DNA of 63,940 nucleotides, filler included, from Catajapyx aquilonaris (Eukaryota): assembly GCA_000934665.2 (NCBI GenBank). It is 3 parts of 3 records of this genome, joined end to end, with 100 filler letters (N's around TTAATTAATTAA, not from the genome) between each part and the next. Parts side by side here need not be neighbours in the genome. Positions count along the whole stretch, not along the records: positions 1 to 17,171 come from JYFJ02007011.1; positions 17,272 to 34,441 come from JYFJ02007012.1; 1 more part is not named here. One strand, 5' to 3'. Positions 13,553 through 24,978 of this stretch are shown in pieces (the first letter of the stretch is position 1; each line of letters starts with the position of its first letter). A model generated the notes under the pieces. That model worked only from the letters and a program-made list of their open reading frames with translations, was not told where the DNA came from and ran no database searches. Made by a program: the position numbers and the translations under genes.

Positions 13553-14758
13553 TATGCCCTGTATAAAGTAGAATGACACATTTACATTACACACAAATGC
13601 AAGGATATAATTTTTGTATTGCATTGCAGTAAGAGTCAAAATTTTTAAAAAATAGTGATATATTTTGAAAGTTTTATAGCTTTTCAGTCTGTTTAATGTG
13701 GTACTTGTTCAGCAATTAATATGATGTTCTTGTCATTGATTCTTGCAGGGACTTTCTAAAATAGGTTTTTACAGACATACTGAGGTCAAGGCGAGCCAAA
13801 AACCAGAAATAAGGACTATCACCAATACATCACCATGCATCACTTGTCTAGGACTACCACAGATGGTATTCCATGAGTCCATCATAATAATGATTGTAAA
13901 AATGTACCTAGATGTGTAATAAAATTTACTTCAAAGCTCGAGGCTTAGCTCCCAGAAGGGAATATTCTGCACCACCTCTCCATAGAACTACTTACAGGTG
14001 TTACAGGGGTTACTGCCAAGATGTATGTATTGAGAAGCCATATTTGAACTTGCAGGGTGGTACAACAAATAATCTAAACTTGATGGAATATCTTATGCAG
14101 GTGTCATAATTAAGCATGAGACACAACACATTTTCACATGTTCGATCATCACTGATGAAGTACAAAATGGTGAATGATGGATGCCTCTGGTGCAGCATTG
14201 CGCTCTACGCTTTAAACAACAGGTGTGGAGTGAACAGCAATAGATGTCAAGGGACATAGCAAAGCAAAAATGTAGATGAGGAAAATTCTCCATGAGCCAT
14301 GGTAACTGAGGTACAGTACACTTTATTGTCCTTCAGTCCTGTAGCACTAGACAGCAGATGCATAAGACCAATCTTGAACAATTTTATGCCTCTACCTTTT
14401 AGGCTCATTTTGCACTGAAGCACCAACTACTATTCATTTTGTACTTGTGATTCTGATGGTAGGGCCGACATCTGGCACATCAAGTCCACCATATTTCCTT
14501 AATACGCATGTCAATGACATTGCGTCAAGTCAGAAACTAAATGGTACAATTCAATTTTGAAGATGATTTGTGCTACAGTTCTTTATTTTTGCCACATTTT
14601 AGGATTTGTGCTGCTGGTAAAGGCTATATAAAGACACTCTCTCCAGTGCTATGGACCAAATTAGGACGAAATATTGCACCATAGTTTAATATTTTTAGAC
14701 CTATTTCACCGGTTTTATGCACCTAAAAATGACGAGCTGTATGACTTACCTCTATCAT

Positions 14759-15034
14759 GATGATAATAATGGATACCCCGTGATAGGCCTCCTTAGGCCT
14801 CTTATGGGATCATCTTTTAATTACCCGACTTTAATCATTGCCTGCGCTGTGATGCATTTTTGATAGTGGCAGGAAACAGAAGAACCCCGAGAAAACCCAC
14901 GCGAACACGGAGAGAACCCATCGAAACTCTATCCACATAAGTAACTTATATCCTCCGTCCGACACGGGGATCGAACTCGGGACCTTCGAGGGGGAAGGCT
15001 GCGGCGCTAACAACTCCGCCACCGTGTCGCCCAC
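14759..15034 (-). mobile_element. tRNA-derived SINE (family B) with V-domain-like core
   Basis: 10-bp TSD cctctatcat (14749-14758, 15035-15044). Minus-strand head with A box tggcggagttgttag and B box gagttcgatccc. Second copy at ~28350-28579. Confidence 0.82.
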
Positions 15035-15227
15035 CCTCTATCATAATAGCCGATAGTTTAAAAATTTCAACAAAGTTGGGGAAGGTGCAGTGGCCGAGAC
15101 AGAGTACAGGGAAGTACCTCCGAGATGGTAACGTCTCGTCTTGCTGTACGAAAAGTCCCGGGTTCTAATCCCCGCTTGGGAGTAACCTTTCGCCTGCGTC
15201 AGTGTGGGTCTCTGGCCCATGCCTTAA

Positions 15228-15515
15228 CCCTGGAACCGTGCCGTGCCTACGATATATTACGGCAACCGTGCCGTGGGGTCTTTTCGGACCCCACCATATT
15301 TTTATTTTTATTAATTATTATATTATACTTTTCAATGTATTGACTATATACAATCATTCTTTGAACAATGCCTAAAATGATCGCTATAATTCAAAATAAA
15401 CCTGCACTTCCTGTTATATACTGTAAAAAAAAAATGGCAAACATTCATTGTAATGATCATTTTAATGCATTTTTTTCCTTGGGGTCCAAAAAGACCCCAC
15501 GGCACGGTTCCAGGG
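15228..15515. mobile_element. piggyBac-type MITE inserted in a degraded plus-strand tRNA-derived SINE (~15115-15220)
   Basis: TTAA|ccctggaaccgtgccgtg ... cacggcacggttccaggg|TTAA: perfect 18-bp TIR with TTAA TSD. Confidence 0.85.
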
Positions 15516-16121
15516 TTAAGGAGGCGTCTTGGCAATCGGACTGCACACGACCCTTTTCAGACATAGCACTTACACCTGTGCCCCCCCCCCCCNNCCCATC
15601 CTTACCCTACTTCCCTAATGTATTGTCCTTGCCCGGAGTACGAAGAAAAATGGGGAAATCACAATGGAGTAAACAAACAAATATTTCAACGAAGTACCGT
15701 AACTCTTTGATACATAAAATGAGCATGTCTGCGACCGTCTGCGACTAAGAGCAATGAAAGACATTTTTAAAAAGCGGGGATTGGTCACCTCCAATTATGA
15801 CCACTTCATGGCACCACCTACCCACACACAATGCGTTTATGCTGGCTATTTACAACTTACAACTCAATATGCAATAAATATAAAATTTTACTATTATTAT
15901 ACAAATTAAGATTATAAATCTCATTATTCCTGCAACACGATACTAACCACGATACTAACCGTGATACCAACTCCCTCTGTACACGTGCGCTGAAGGTGTC
16001 TTTTAATGGCCGACTGGCTCTGAAGCCTAACCGCGTGGCCGTCCGTTACCTTCCACCCGGTTGTACCTGTGGTGCAACCATTCGTATTTCATCTAAGGGC
16101 GACAAATAGACAACTGAAACC

Positions 16122-16406
16122 ATGTCTCAGTATAACTTTAAGAAGATTGCGGTGATTCCCACCTCCAAGGTAAGGCCTTATATACTTTTTATTTCCAATT
16201 AGTGTAATATAAATATGCTGATTTGGTCTTTGCAGGAGTTCATCGATATTATGCTATCGAAGACTCAGAGGAAGACACCAACAGTTGTTCACAAGCAATA
16301 TAAGATATCACGAATCCGGCAGTTTTATATGCGGAAGGTGCGCTTCACCCAACAGAACTTCCATGACAGACTTTCACAGATAGTGCAGGAGTTTCCCAAA
16401 CTGGAG
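16122..16406 (+). CDS. GTPBP4: Nucleolar GTP-binding protein 1 (NOG1), first two coding exons; the rest is cut off by the contig end
   Basis: Exon 16122-16169 [16 protein letters not shown] and exon 16236-16406 [57 protein letters not shown], the conserved NOG1 N-terminus, with phase-0 GT-AG borders. Confidence 0.93.
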
Positions 16407-16460
16407 GTAGGTGGCTTGAGAGCACGTTAGCCGGGTAGATTGGAATGGTACTGGTAGGAT

Positions 16461-16744
16461 CAGCCCCCTGACCTGAATACGACATGTTAGTTTAATGTAA
16501 GTCTTCACCATGCGGGGAATTTTGCGCTGGCACCACAGGCATCTACTGCTGCCAGCCATCCGAATCCTAATCTGCAAACGCCCTCGAGGAAAGGACGGTT
16601 TGGGTTGGTTTGGAAGGCGGCCAGCCTGAACTGACCCCCCTGCAGATGGCTGTTGGGGCGCGTCAGCGCCACATTCCCCGCCCCGCGGAGATATTTATAT
16701 TAAACAACCGTTAACACACGGCTAGGCTGGATGTGTCGGGGCTG
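16461..16744. mobile_element. hAT-type MITE in GTPBP4 intron 2
   Basis: Termini cagcccc / ggggctg with perfect 8-bp TSD ggtaggat (16453-16460, 16745-16752). Confidence 0.75.
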
Positions 16745-17171
16745 GGTAGGATCATCAGTCATAAAAATTGTGTGGTTGACATGGTAGCGCTGGCTGTATG
16801 ATACTAGCGCAAAAGCGAAATCTTGTACCTACAGGGGCATTTTCTATTCCTTCATTGCACGCAGGATTTCTTGAAGATCTTAACTCATATCGGCTTGTGA
16901 CTTGGGTGCACACAATGCAGACTTTTGCTTGTGTGATTCCCTGCTTGTGTGCATGGGGCAATAGGGCTGGTTTCATATCTGCTTGTGGCTCGATATGTAT
17001 GTTGGATTGAGACTTTTGCACATTAAAAGTGCTACCAAATATTCTGCTCACAGATACTAGTTAGGAAAAAATAAGGTAATTGTTCAGTTTAGAGGGCCAT
17101 GACCTACAGCCATTCTCGTGATACTCACTGTTCAACTAAGTGTCTACATACCTAGGGCTGCCTCTTCCGAG

Positions 17172-17271
17172 NNNNNNNNNNNNNNNNNNNNNNNNNNNNN
17201 NNNNNNNNNNNNNNNTTAATTAATTAANNNNNNNNNNNNNNNNNNNNNNNNNNNNNNNNNNNNNNNNNNNN
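17172..17271. other. Artificial contig-joining spacer
   Basis: 44 N + TTAATTAATTAA (stops in all six frames) + 44 N = exactly 100 nt. Confidence 0.97.
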
Positions 17272-18822
17272 CGCAAACGGGCAGCCCGTTTGCGCGCCCC
17301 TCCCGCAGGTTTGCGCGATACGTCGAAGATTCAGCTCGTATGCTGCAATTTTGGATTAGGCCACCCATACTATGTGCAATACAAGCGCCGAACAGCATGG
17401 GCTTTCTCTGAAGGGGAACCTGCTCAGAAATGAAAACATATTGGAAGTACGGCATCATTACAGGTGCAATAGCATAAATCAATGAAAGCGTGTGATAATT
17501 GCCAGTGGATGAATATGCACCCACATTGACAGACCTCTATCAGAACCACTGATCACTGACAGCTCTGCATGACATCACATGTCACAGGCGAAGTCTCACT
17601 CAAAGTTATAAAAACAGCTCCAGAGAAAATCTCTTATCATCAGAGAAATAATCAACTTGTTTTGGGCATATTATTTTGCACTATGCAATTACAAATGGCA
17701 AATTAAACTATGAAAATACATGTAAATGTTAAAGACATCATGATGGATTTCTCTGGTTGGAACAGTAAGAATTTATTGGAGAATGGCAAGTACTGTACAT
17801 AGTTACTATAGCTGTCCAAGTACAGTACATCTAGGACTCAAACAACAAGTCTTTTGTTAATTTTTGGGTCCCCCCCCCCCCCAACACATTGGGAGTAGTN
17901 TTGGGAGTAGTAATGCAAATGAAAGTCATTGTTTAATAATGGGGCCAGAAGCTAACCTCAATCATAAGTTAAGTGCTTTAATTAGTGGACCTACTAATAT
18001 AATTATTATACCCTGCAGAAGTTATGTATTTAGGTTTGGGCCAGAAGCTAACTTCAGTAGTTATAAGTTATATAAGTCTGTTAATTAGTGAAACTAGTAA
18101 TACATAGACTACTCTTCAGATGCTATGTGGTTCCTTGCTGTGAATGTGCCACATGCTTGGCTTGTGACAGTGTAAACCAGATTTGCCATGAACTCTTATT
18201 CCACATAATATTCTGAGATGTTTATAATATTGATGCAAATGTGGTTATAATAAGCTATAAGTTGACACCTTGTTTTGCATTTGTGAATTGCATTTTGTTT
18301 TTGTTTTTTGCATTTGAGGGTATTAAGTAATATTGTACAGTTAATTTTTGATCTAGTCCAGCAAACAATAAGTCAATAACCAATGTTGCTGTCCTACACA
18401 AATCTGCTGTTACTGCAATGCTCAGCAAGTAGAATTTTAATTGTTGAATTCTGTTAGAGTGTACAGTGCAGCCAAAGAGTTCTGCTCGAATATATATAAC
18501 TCCCTATCCTTTCCCATTAGCCAGGTTGAGGCATCTTAAGTGCGGAAAACTAAATAACGATCTTATGTCATCGTTTCTTACATTGTTGCTTTTTCTTGCT
18601 ACTGTTTACTCATATTGTACTGTGAGGGTATTTCCATGGAAACCTTGATGACGGCAGATCACTGTTTCGTTTTCCGCACTGTAGGGTAATATTGTATTCT
18701 GACAGTTGTCTAGCAAATGGGACAACAATTAGTCCAATAATGTCAGGCGACCACCATCTTTACTAGGGTAATATTGTTGCCTGCCTCACATTTCACCTCG
18801 AGTCGTTCCTCCTAGGCATATA

Positions 18823-19187
18823 CAGGGTGTTTCCTGTAATTTGGGACAGACTTCTAGGATGTGTAGGGGCTGCCTAGGCCCTAGAGAAGCAATTTGAGAT
18901 TGGACACCATTGGTTGGAAACCAAAAGAACTAGAAAGCCTCAAAGGTCCATTGACATCCCATTATTGTAACAATGCATTATTGTTGACTCATTCCATTGT
19001 GCTCATTGTTTAGTTGTTATAAACAATTTCGTTCAATAATTGAATAATTGTTACAATAATGGGATTTTGAAGGCGCTATAGCGCCGTTCGGATGGGTTTC
19101 CGACCATGGGTTTCCAATCTCAAATTGCTTCTCTAGGCAGCCCCCACACACCCTAGATGTATGTCCCGAATTACAGGAAATACCCTG
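18823..19187. mobile_element. Tc1/mariner-type MITE
   Basis: ta|cagggtgtttcctgtaatttgggaca ... tgtcccgaattacaggaaataccctg. A related end occurs at ~38997. Confidence 0.7.
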
Positions 19188-20922
19188 GTATACAGTATTA
19201 TAGCAGAACTCATTGAGTGCAGCTGGCTGCAATATTGAGTTGAACTGGGCAACAATCAACCTTGTCACATATTGCAGTTACAGCATTTTTGCATGGGATG
19301 GCCAAAAATGTTACTGCCATACTAATAGATAAAATCCAACGACTGGCTCTTAAAATTGTATGCAACCCTTTCAGCGTACCTTATGTAAGTTTGTGTTAAA
19401 CAATGGGGGAGCAATAATTAATTTTGCAACCTTCCTGCTTTCCACTTGGGCAACCAGATCAGAAGCTTTTTCCCGCCCCCTGTTGTCTTCTGTAGCTATA
19501 ATAAATCAGTAACAGTACTTACCTCTGGTGTTTAAAAGACTGGTGGCATTAATGCCAAATAATTTCATTACAAGTGGTTTCCTTTCCTCCTGCATGAAGA
19601 CATGATTTTACCAGTATCTGTATGTTTCATGATCAGATGAGAAAAACTTTTATTGCCTTTCTTACATGCTAATAAAATGACATCATAGCATGTAGGGCAG
19701 AAAGTCAAGGTCTAGAAAGTAACAGTTGTGATATCATTTATTGGTTCCTTATATTAGTGAGAACCTGGTGAGAACCATGGTGAGAACATATTTGAAGGGC
19801 AATTTGTAAAGATATGCTTCCAAGCTCATGGCAACCTACCTATTGCTATGCACTCTGGATGCATCAAAAGAACTATTGGCTCCCTCCCTCCCTATGTTAG
19901 CAAGCCAATGAGCTGGAATAACTTCCTTCTCACCACCCTAAAAAGTCTCACAACTACCAGTTCTTGCGAGCTTGCAAACCCACCTTTACTAGAAAAGTGG
20001 GTATATGCAAGATAGGTAAACAGTTATGTTATGACACATTTTTTTGTGATGTAATAAGTATACTGGTACTGTACCTAAAAGAAAGTTATGCACACAACAA
20101 AAAAATGACACTGCAAATGTTTGTTTTATTAGTTTTTCCCTGTCACATCAGGTGTATAAATTATTTTCATTATTCTTCATCTTTGGCATTAAAAAATACC
20201 AATGCAGGCTTGATAATGCATGCCCATATGCCATATCAGTGACAGTGAGAGTGAACACTGCTGCAAGAACTGAAGTGCATGGCCTGGCCAGCCAGGCAGC
20301 CTGTAAATCATCATCAGGGTGTATTTTTGGATTACAAGAATTCCAATTTTGGCGGTTTTGAGTTTTATACCATGAAATACCATTTTAAAAATCATTTTTC
20401 ATCAAATTTCAACTAAATGGCCTGTTGAATGCGCATTTAGTCCGTGACTGATAATTATCCAGCAGAATTTGCTGCCTTCACTAGCATTTAAATAAATGCA
20501 AGTCCAAAGAGGTCCAAATATTATTCGACTGGAATTATCTGTAAACTTGGTTTTTGGACTGCAGTGTGCTCCAAAACACTTGCTCCAAAAGTTTCTCCAG
20601 TTTGACAAGGGTGCTGCTGGATTCAAGATGGCGCCTCAGAGGAACAGAATTGCACAACAAAACATGGCGTCTGCTGGTTTGATTTGTGTTTATTCAAGGA
20701 CCTGCTGATATCTCTGCAGACCTTGAGGAGATTGACACACTTGCTGGCTGACTTGACGGAGCTGCTACTGTCCAGGGACAAAGAGCTAGGGAGACGCAGG
20801 TGCAGGCAGCGGGACCACAGGTGGGGCCGCCCCTGTCGGGATAGCCAGCCATCAACTGAGCAGCTGCAGGTATCGCATAATATTATATGGCTTCGATATT
20901 CCTGTCGTCCAGCGTTAGAGAA

Positions 20923-23900
20923 ATGATGCGATCGGAGAGGAAGAAGTCGGCTGCAGCTGCCGAGCAGACCAAGTCTGGGAAGGGAGGGGCGGGCAGCAGC
21001 AAGGTCGGGGGCAGCCCAGGGGCGGGCCAGGGGCAAGGACAGAACGCCTTGGCCAACCTCTCGGACAAGGAGCTGAAAGAGCATGGGAACAAGCTCTACA
21101 ACATGCGCAAGTATGAGGAGGCAATCAAGTGCTACAACATGGCCATTGTAAGTTCAGCGCAGGGTTCGTACATGACACACGCACAGACCAGAGAATGTAG
21201 TCAGTTGCGCGACCTAATGTTGCAATCAGCATTTGCATGAAAAGCAGTGCTTGGAGTTCTCCCCGCCAGTTGCAAGGTGCCTGGTTATAATAATTGACAA
21301 GCACTTGACACCACAGTGTTGGACTATTATTATAAATCACACCTTGAATGGGACATGCTGTATTTTAAACTATTTTAAAGCACAATATCTTTGGCATTAC
21401 AATCCCAGTGGGGGAGAAAAACTTAAGCAGAGGGCCCCACTCCAATAACTTGCCTGATAATTCTCTAGTGTCTGATGACAAGATATATTTAATGGAGGTG
21501 AGTTTATTTTTATGGGATTTTTTATGGGATGTTGCCATGGCTGGTCAGTTGAGAGTCAAGAAGGGCAAGTTGATGTTCAATGTTGATTGTGGTGTATAGA
21601 GGTCAAATGACTAACACAGTGGTTGCAGAATTCAGAATTAACATCACCATGATAGAATTATATGGCAGCATATGCCTACCAAACTTATCAGTTAAGCTGC
21701 GTTTACATGTGAGCTATTTGACGAGCAAAGTCTTCACCGAGCGATAACATCGCTGAGTAACCCGAGTAACCAATATTGTACAGTATGAGGTGAAAGCAAC
21801 CATCGATTTTCACCTCAAACAATACTGGTTACTTGGGTTACTCACCGACGTTATTGCTCAGTGAAGACTTCGCTCATCAAATCGCACATGTAAACTTGGC
21901 TCTAAGGTACGTTTACATGAGGGATTTTATGAGCGAAATATTCGCCAAGTCTGAAATTAACAATTGACTTTCGCATCAAACAATATTGGTTACTTGGGTT
22001 ACTCAGCCTTGGCGAAGATTTCACTCGTCAAATCGCCCACATGTAAACGCACCTTTAGTAAATGCAGTTTGGATGAGTGTATCCATTACTATGTACATTG
22101 TGTTCCAAGTATCAGGGTGGTTTTTAGTTATCCCTAACATTGCCTGAAGTAGGTATTTTTGTATAGCTTCTTGCTCCCCTATCCAGGTGCCTAATTATTA
22201 TTAGGTGGTCAAATATGCTAGCTTTTACACTAATAGGGCACCCCTATCAGGACCTATCAGGATGCAAAAAGCTGCACAAAAATAATAGCTTTGAGCGAAA
22301 TATCCTATAACAGCTCTTGCTATAACTAAAGGAACCCACATATTTGGAACACCCTGTACATCAACATCAAAAACATAACTTTTGAATTTTGAATGTAATT
22401 ATGTTAATCCTTTCAATTCCAGCTGAAAAATGCACGTGTGGCCTACTACTTCACAAACCGAGCCCTGTGTCAATTGAAGTTGGGCCGTTGGGACTCTGTT
22501 TGCCAGGATTGTCGCCGTGCCCTTGATCTCGATGCAAGTCTAGTTAAAGGGCACTACTTTTTGGGCCAAGCCCTCATGGAACTGGAAAGTTATGATGATG
22601 CAATCAAGCATTTACAAAGAGGTGTGTTGATGTATGAAATACTTGACAACATACGAGTAATTACTACTTAAGTGGTACATGTATCTTTCATTGACATCAA
22701 GTGTGCACATAAAGTCCATAGTATTGATGCGTGACAAATCACAACCTTCCATGTTGAAATATGAAAGCCATCCATCCATTACATGTTTAATGCTGCTACC
22801 TGGACTTTACAGTGTAATTTATTACAATCACGATTGTAAGTTTTTAAAAATTAATTAAACCATATTTGATGTGAATATTTATTGCTCCTTTGAGCAAGGG
22901 AAATGTGGCATATTGTAACTGACATGGCAGGATTAAGAGCTAGTTGTGTTATGGATGATAAATCCACCAGTGTAGTTCCTTGAGTTTCAAGGAACAGGAA
23001 CTGGTGCAGGAACTACTCATCTAATGTTATTTTAAGCATTTAAAACCTGTGGAATCTACATCAGAACTGTCCCTGAGTGTCATCCGGTTGGGTACATACT
23101 GTGTATATAATCATTTAGCTGTTCTTTGAGTTTCACGAAATGTGAAACACACCCACATGATGGCCCTTCTAACTGCAGGATAAGGGAGGTGCATGTAGGT
23201 ACCAGAGCATGACATACATTCCCTCTCCTCCCTCCCTTTCTTAAAAAAATAGGCCAGGTATCTCGCCCAGTGTGCATGATGCAGATGGGGAGTCGATAGG
23301 ACAGATGGAATATACATGAAAGACATTACCTTCAAAGTCCCTGAACTTGGAACTTATTCAAATGTTTCAGATATGTGTATGTGCTATAACTCAACTCATT
23401 GTCAGCTACTGATGAGATATACAGTATAATGTATGAACAATACAAAAGTTGGGTCTGTTGAATGCATATTTGGGTCCACACATAATCAGCTACAGTTTAT
23501 CTGCCCTGATTGTTTCAGCAATGGACTTGGCCAAGGAGCAGAAGCTCAATTTTGGAGACGATGTTGCCTGGCAGCTTCGTGCTGCGCGTAAAAAGCGATG
23601 GAACCAATTAGAAGAAAAACGACTAGTGCAGGAAATTGAGCTACAAGCTCATCTCAACCGTTTGCTCCGTGAGGATCGTGATAGGCAGACTGATCATTTG
23701 AGCAAAGGAAAAAGCTATGAGGATGTGCAGGACCAGATAGTGGCTGTTGAACAACAGTGTGTAAGTGGCACCCCCGAAATACTTAATTTATTATCGGACT
23801 CACTTTCTTGTTTGTTTACAGGACAATTATATGGCCGAACTCAATGCTTTGTTTGCCAAGGTGGATGAGAGGTGCAGTGTAAGTGTTGCTTTCATGGAAT

Positions 23901-24272
23901 TCTTGCGAAAGTGTTGTTAATTTTGAGGTTAATTTATGTGGACCTAAAAGATTTGTTAGATATGTTGTGCACGACTCGCAATTATTTTCCAAGATGTTCT
24001 TGTCTTATGACTTGAGTTTTGCTTTTCAGAAACGGGAAGTTCCTGATTTCCTCTGTGGAAAGATCAGCTTTGAGATTCTCCGTGAGCCAGTGATTACTCC
24101 AAGTGGGGTGACTTATGAGCGCAAAGACATTGAAGAACATCTGCATAGAGTGGGTCACTTTGATCCTGTGACCCGAGTCAAACTTACCCAGGATCAGCTG
24201 GTACCCAACCTCGCCATGAAGGAGGTGGTTGACTCCTTCTTAGTTGAAAACGAGTGGGCACTAGACTACTAG
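20923..24272 (+). CDS. STUB1: E3 ubiquitin ligase CHIP (TPR + U-box)
   Basis: Exons 20923-21147, 22423-22621, 23519-23760, 23822-23878 and 24030-24272, phases compatible. TPR ([22 protein letters not shown]), [15 protein letters not shown], and U-box ([46 protein letters not shown]...[10 protein letters not shown]). Start codon is the best guess. Confidence 0.95.
21695..22054. mobile_element. Two adjacent related PIF/Harbinger-like MITEs in STUB1 intron 1
   Basis: gcgtttacatgtg...cacatgtaaac (~21695-21900) followed directly by aggtacgtttacatg...catgtaaacgcacct (~21905-22054). They share the internal motif tggttacttgggttactca. Confidence 0.7.
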
Positions 24273-24978
24273 CACAGCCATTTTTTGTTAGCATGTGTGT
24301 TCAGAAATGGCAGAGTGTACATAAATCTACATATCACCTTGAGTTAGTGCTTAAAAACGGTGTCCTTGCATGCTGCAGACTGTGTATAACTTCCAGATGT
24401 CAAGGTTCACTTCACCACAAAGAGTATATTATTTTCTTTGAAGTATTATTATCAATGGAGTCAATATTCCTAAAATAACGGGAAAATAATAACAAGAAAA
24501 AGGAAGTCATGGACTCTTCATTAAGTTACTTGTGTATATGTACACTGTTGAAGTGAAGCAACACAGTGCTAATCGCCAATCAAAAACGTGGCTGATCTTG
24601 TGGTATCTTGTCGTAATCTTGTGGTAGGTTTTCAAGTGCAACACTACTCTTGGTGAATTACCTGTATATTTTTGTAACAAATGTGACAAAAAATAAGTTT
24701 TCAATAGGTATGTCCAAAACAATTTGTTGCTTTTGGAGCTTGTGTGGTGGTAACTAGTATTGCTTTTTCTATGCTAGACTCCTCTGCAAAGCCCCTGCCT
24801 GAAACTCAATAGGAATGTGTGAGGCTTACTGTGTCATCCATTCAGATGTGCGAAACTCAGCCTGTATACTTGTAAAAATCCACCTGGTTTGCAAGAATGT
24901 ACAGAATAAACATTAAGTTGCACAGCAATTTATTAACAAGTGGTTAGATATGGGTTATACAATACAGGTATTGTGCGA

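Noticed and set aside
14940..15034. tRNA-like A/B boxes (also ~2790-2850, ~15120-15180, ~28500-28576)
   Set aside because: They are SINE heads followed by a body, tail and (in most cases) TSD, and do not form a complete cloverleaf.
16407..17171. GTPBP4 as a truncated pseudogene
   Set aside because: Both exons are intact with canonical splice sites; the truncation coincides with the artificial contig end.
20699..20869. GC-rich exon-like block upstream of STUB1 as an N-terminal coding exon
   Set aside because: Its open frame cannot be spliced in phase to the STUB1 ATG with the available AG sites. Probably 5'UTR; unresolved.
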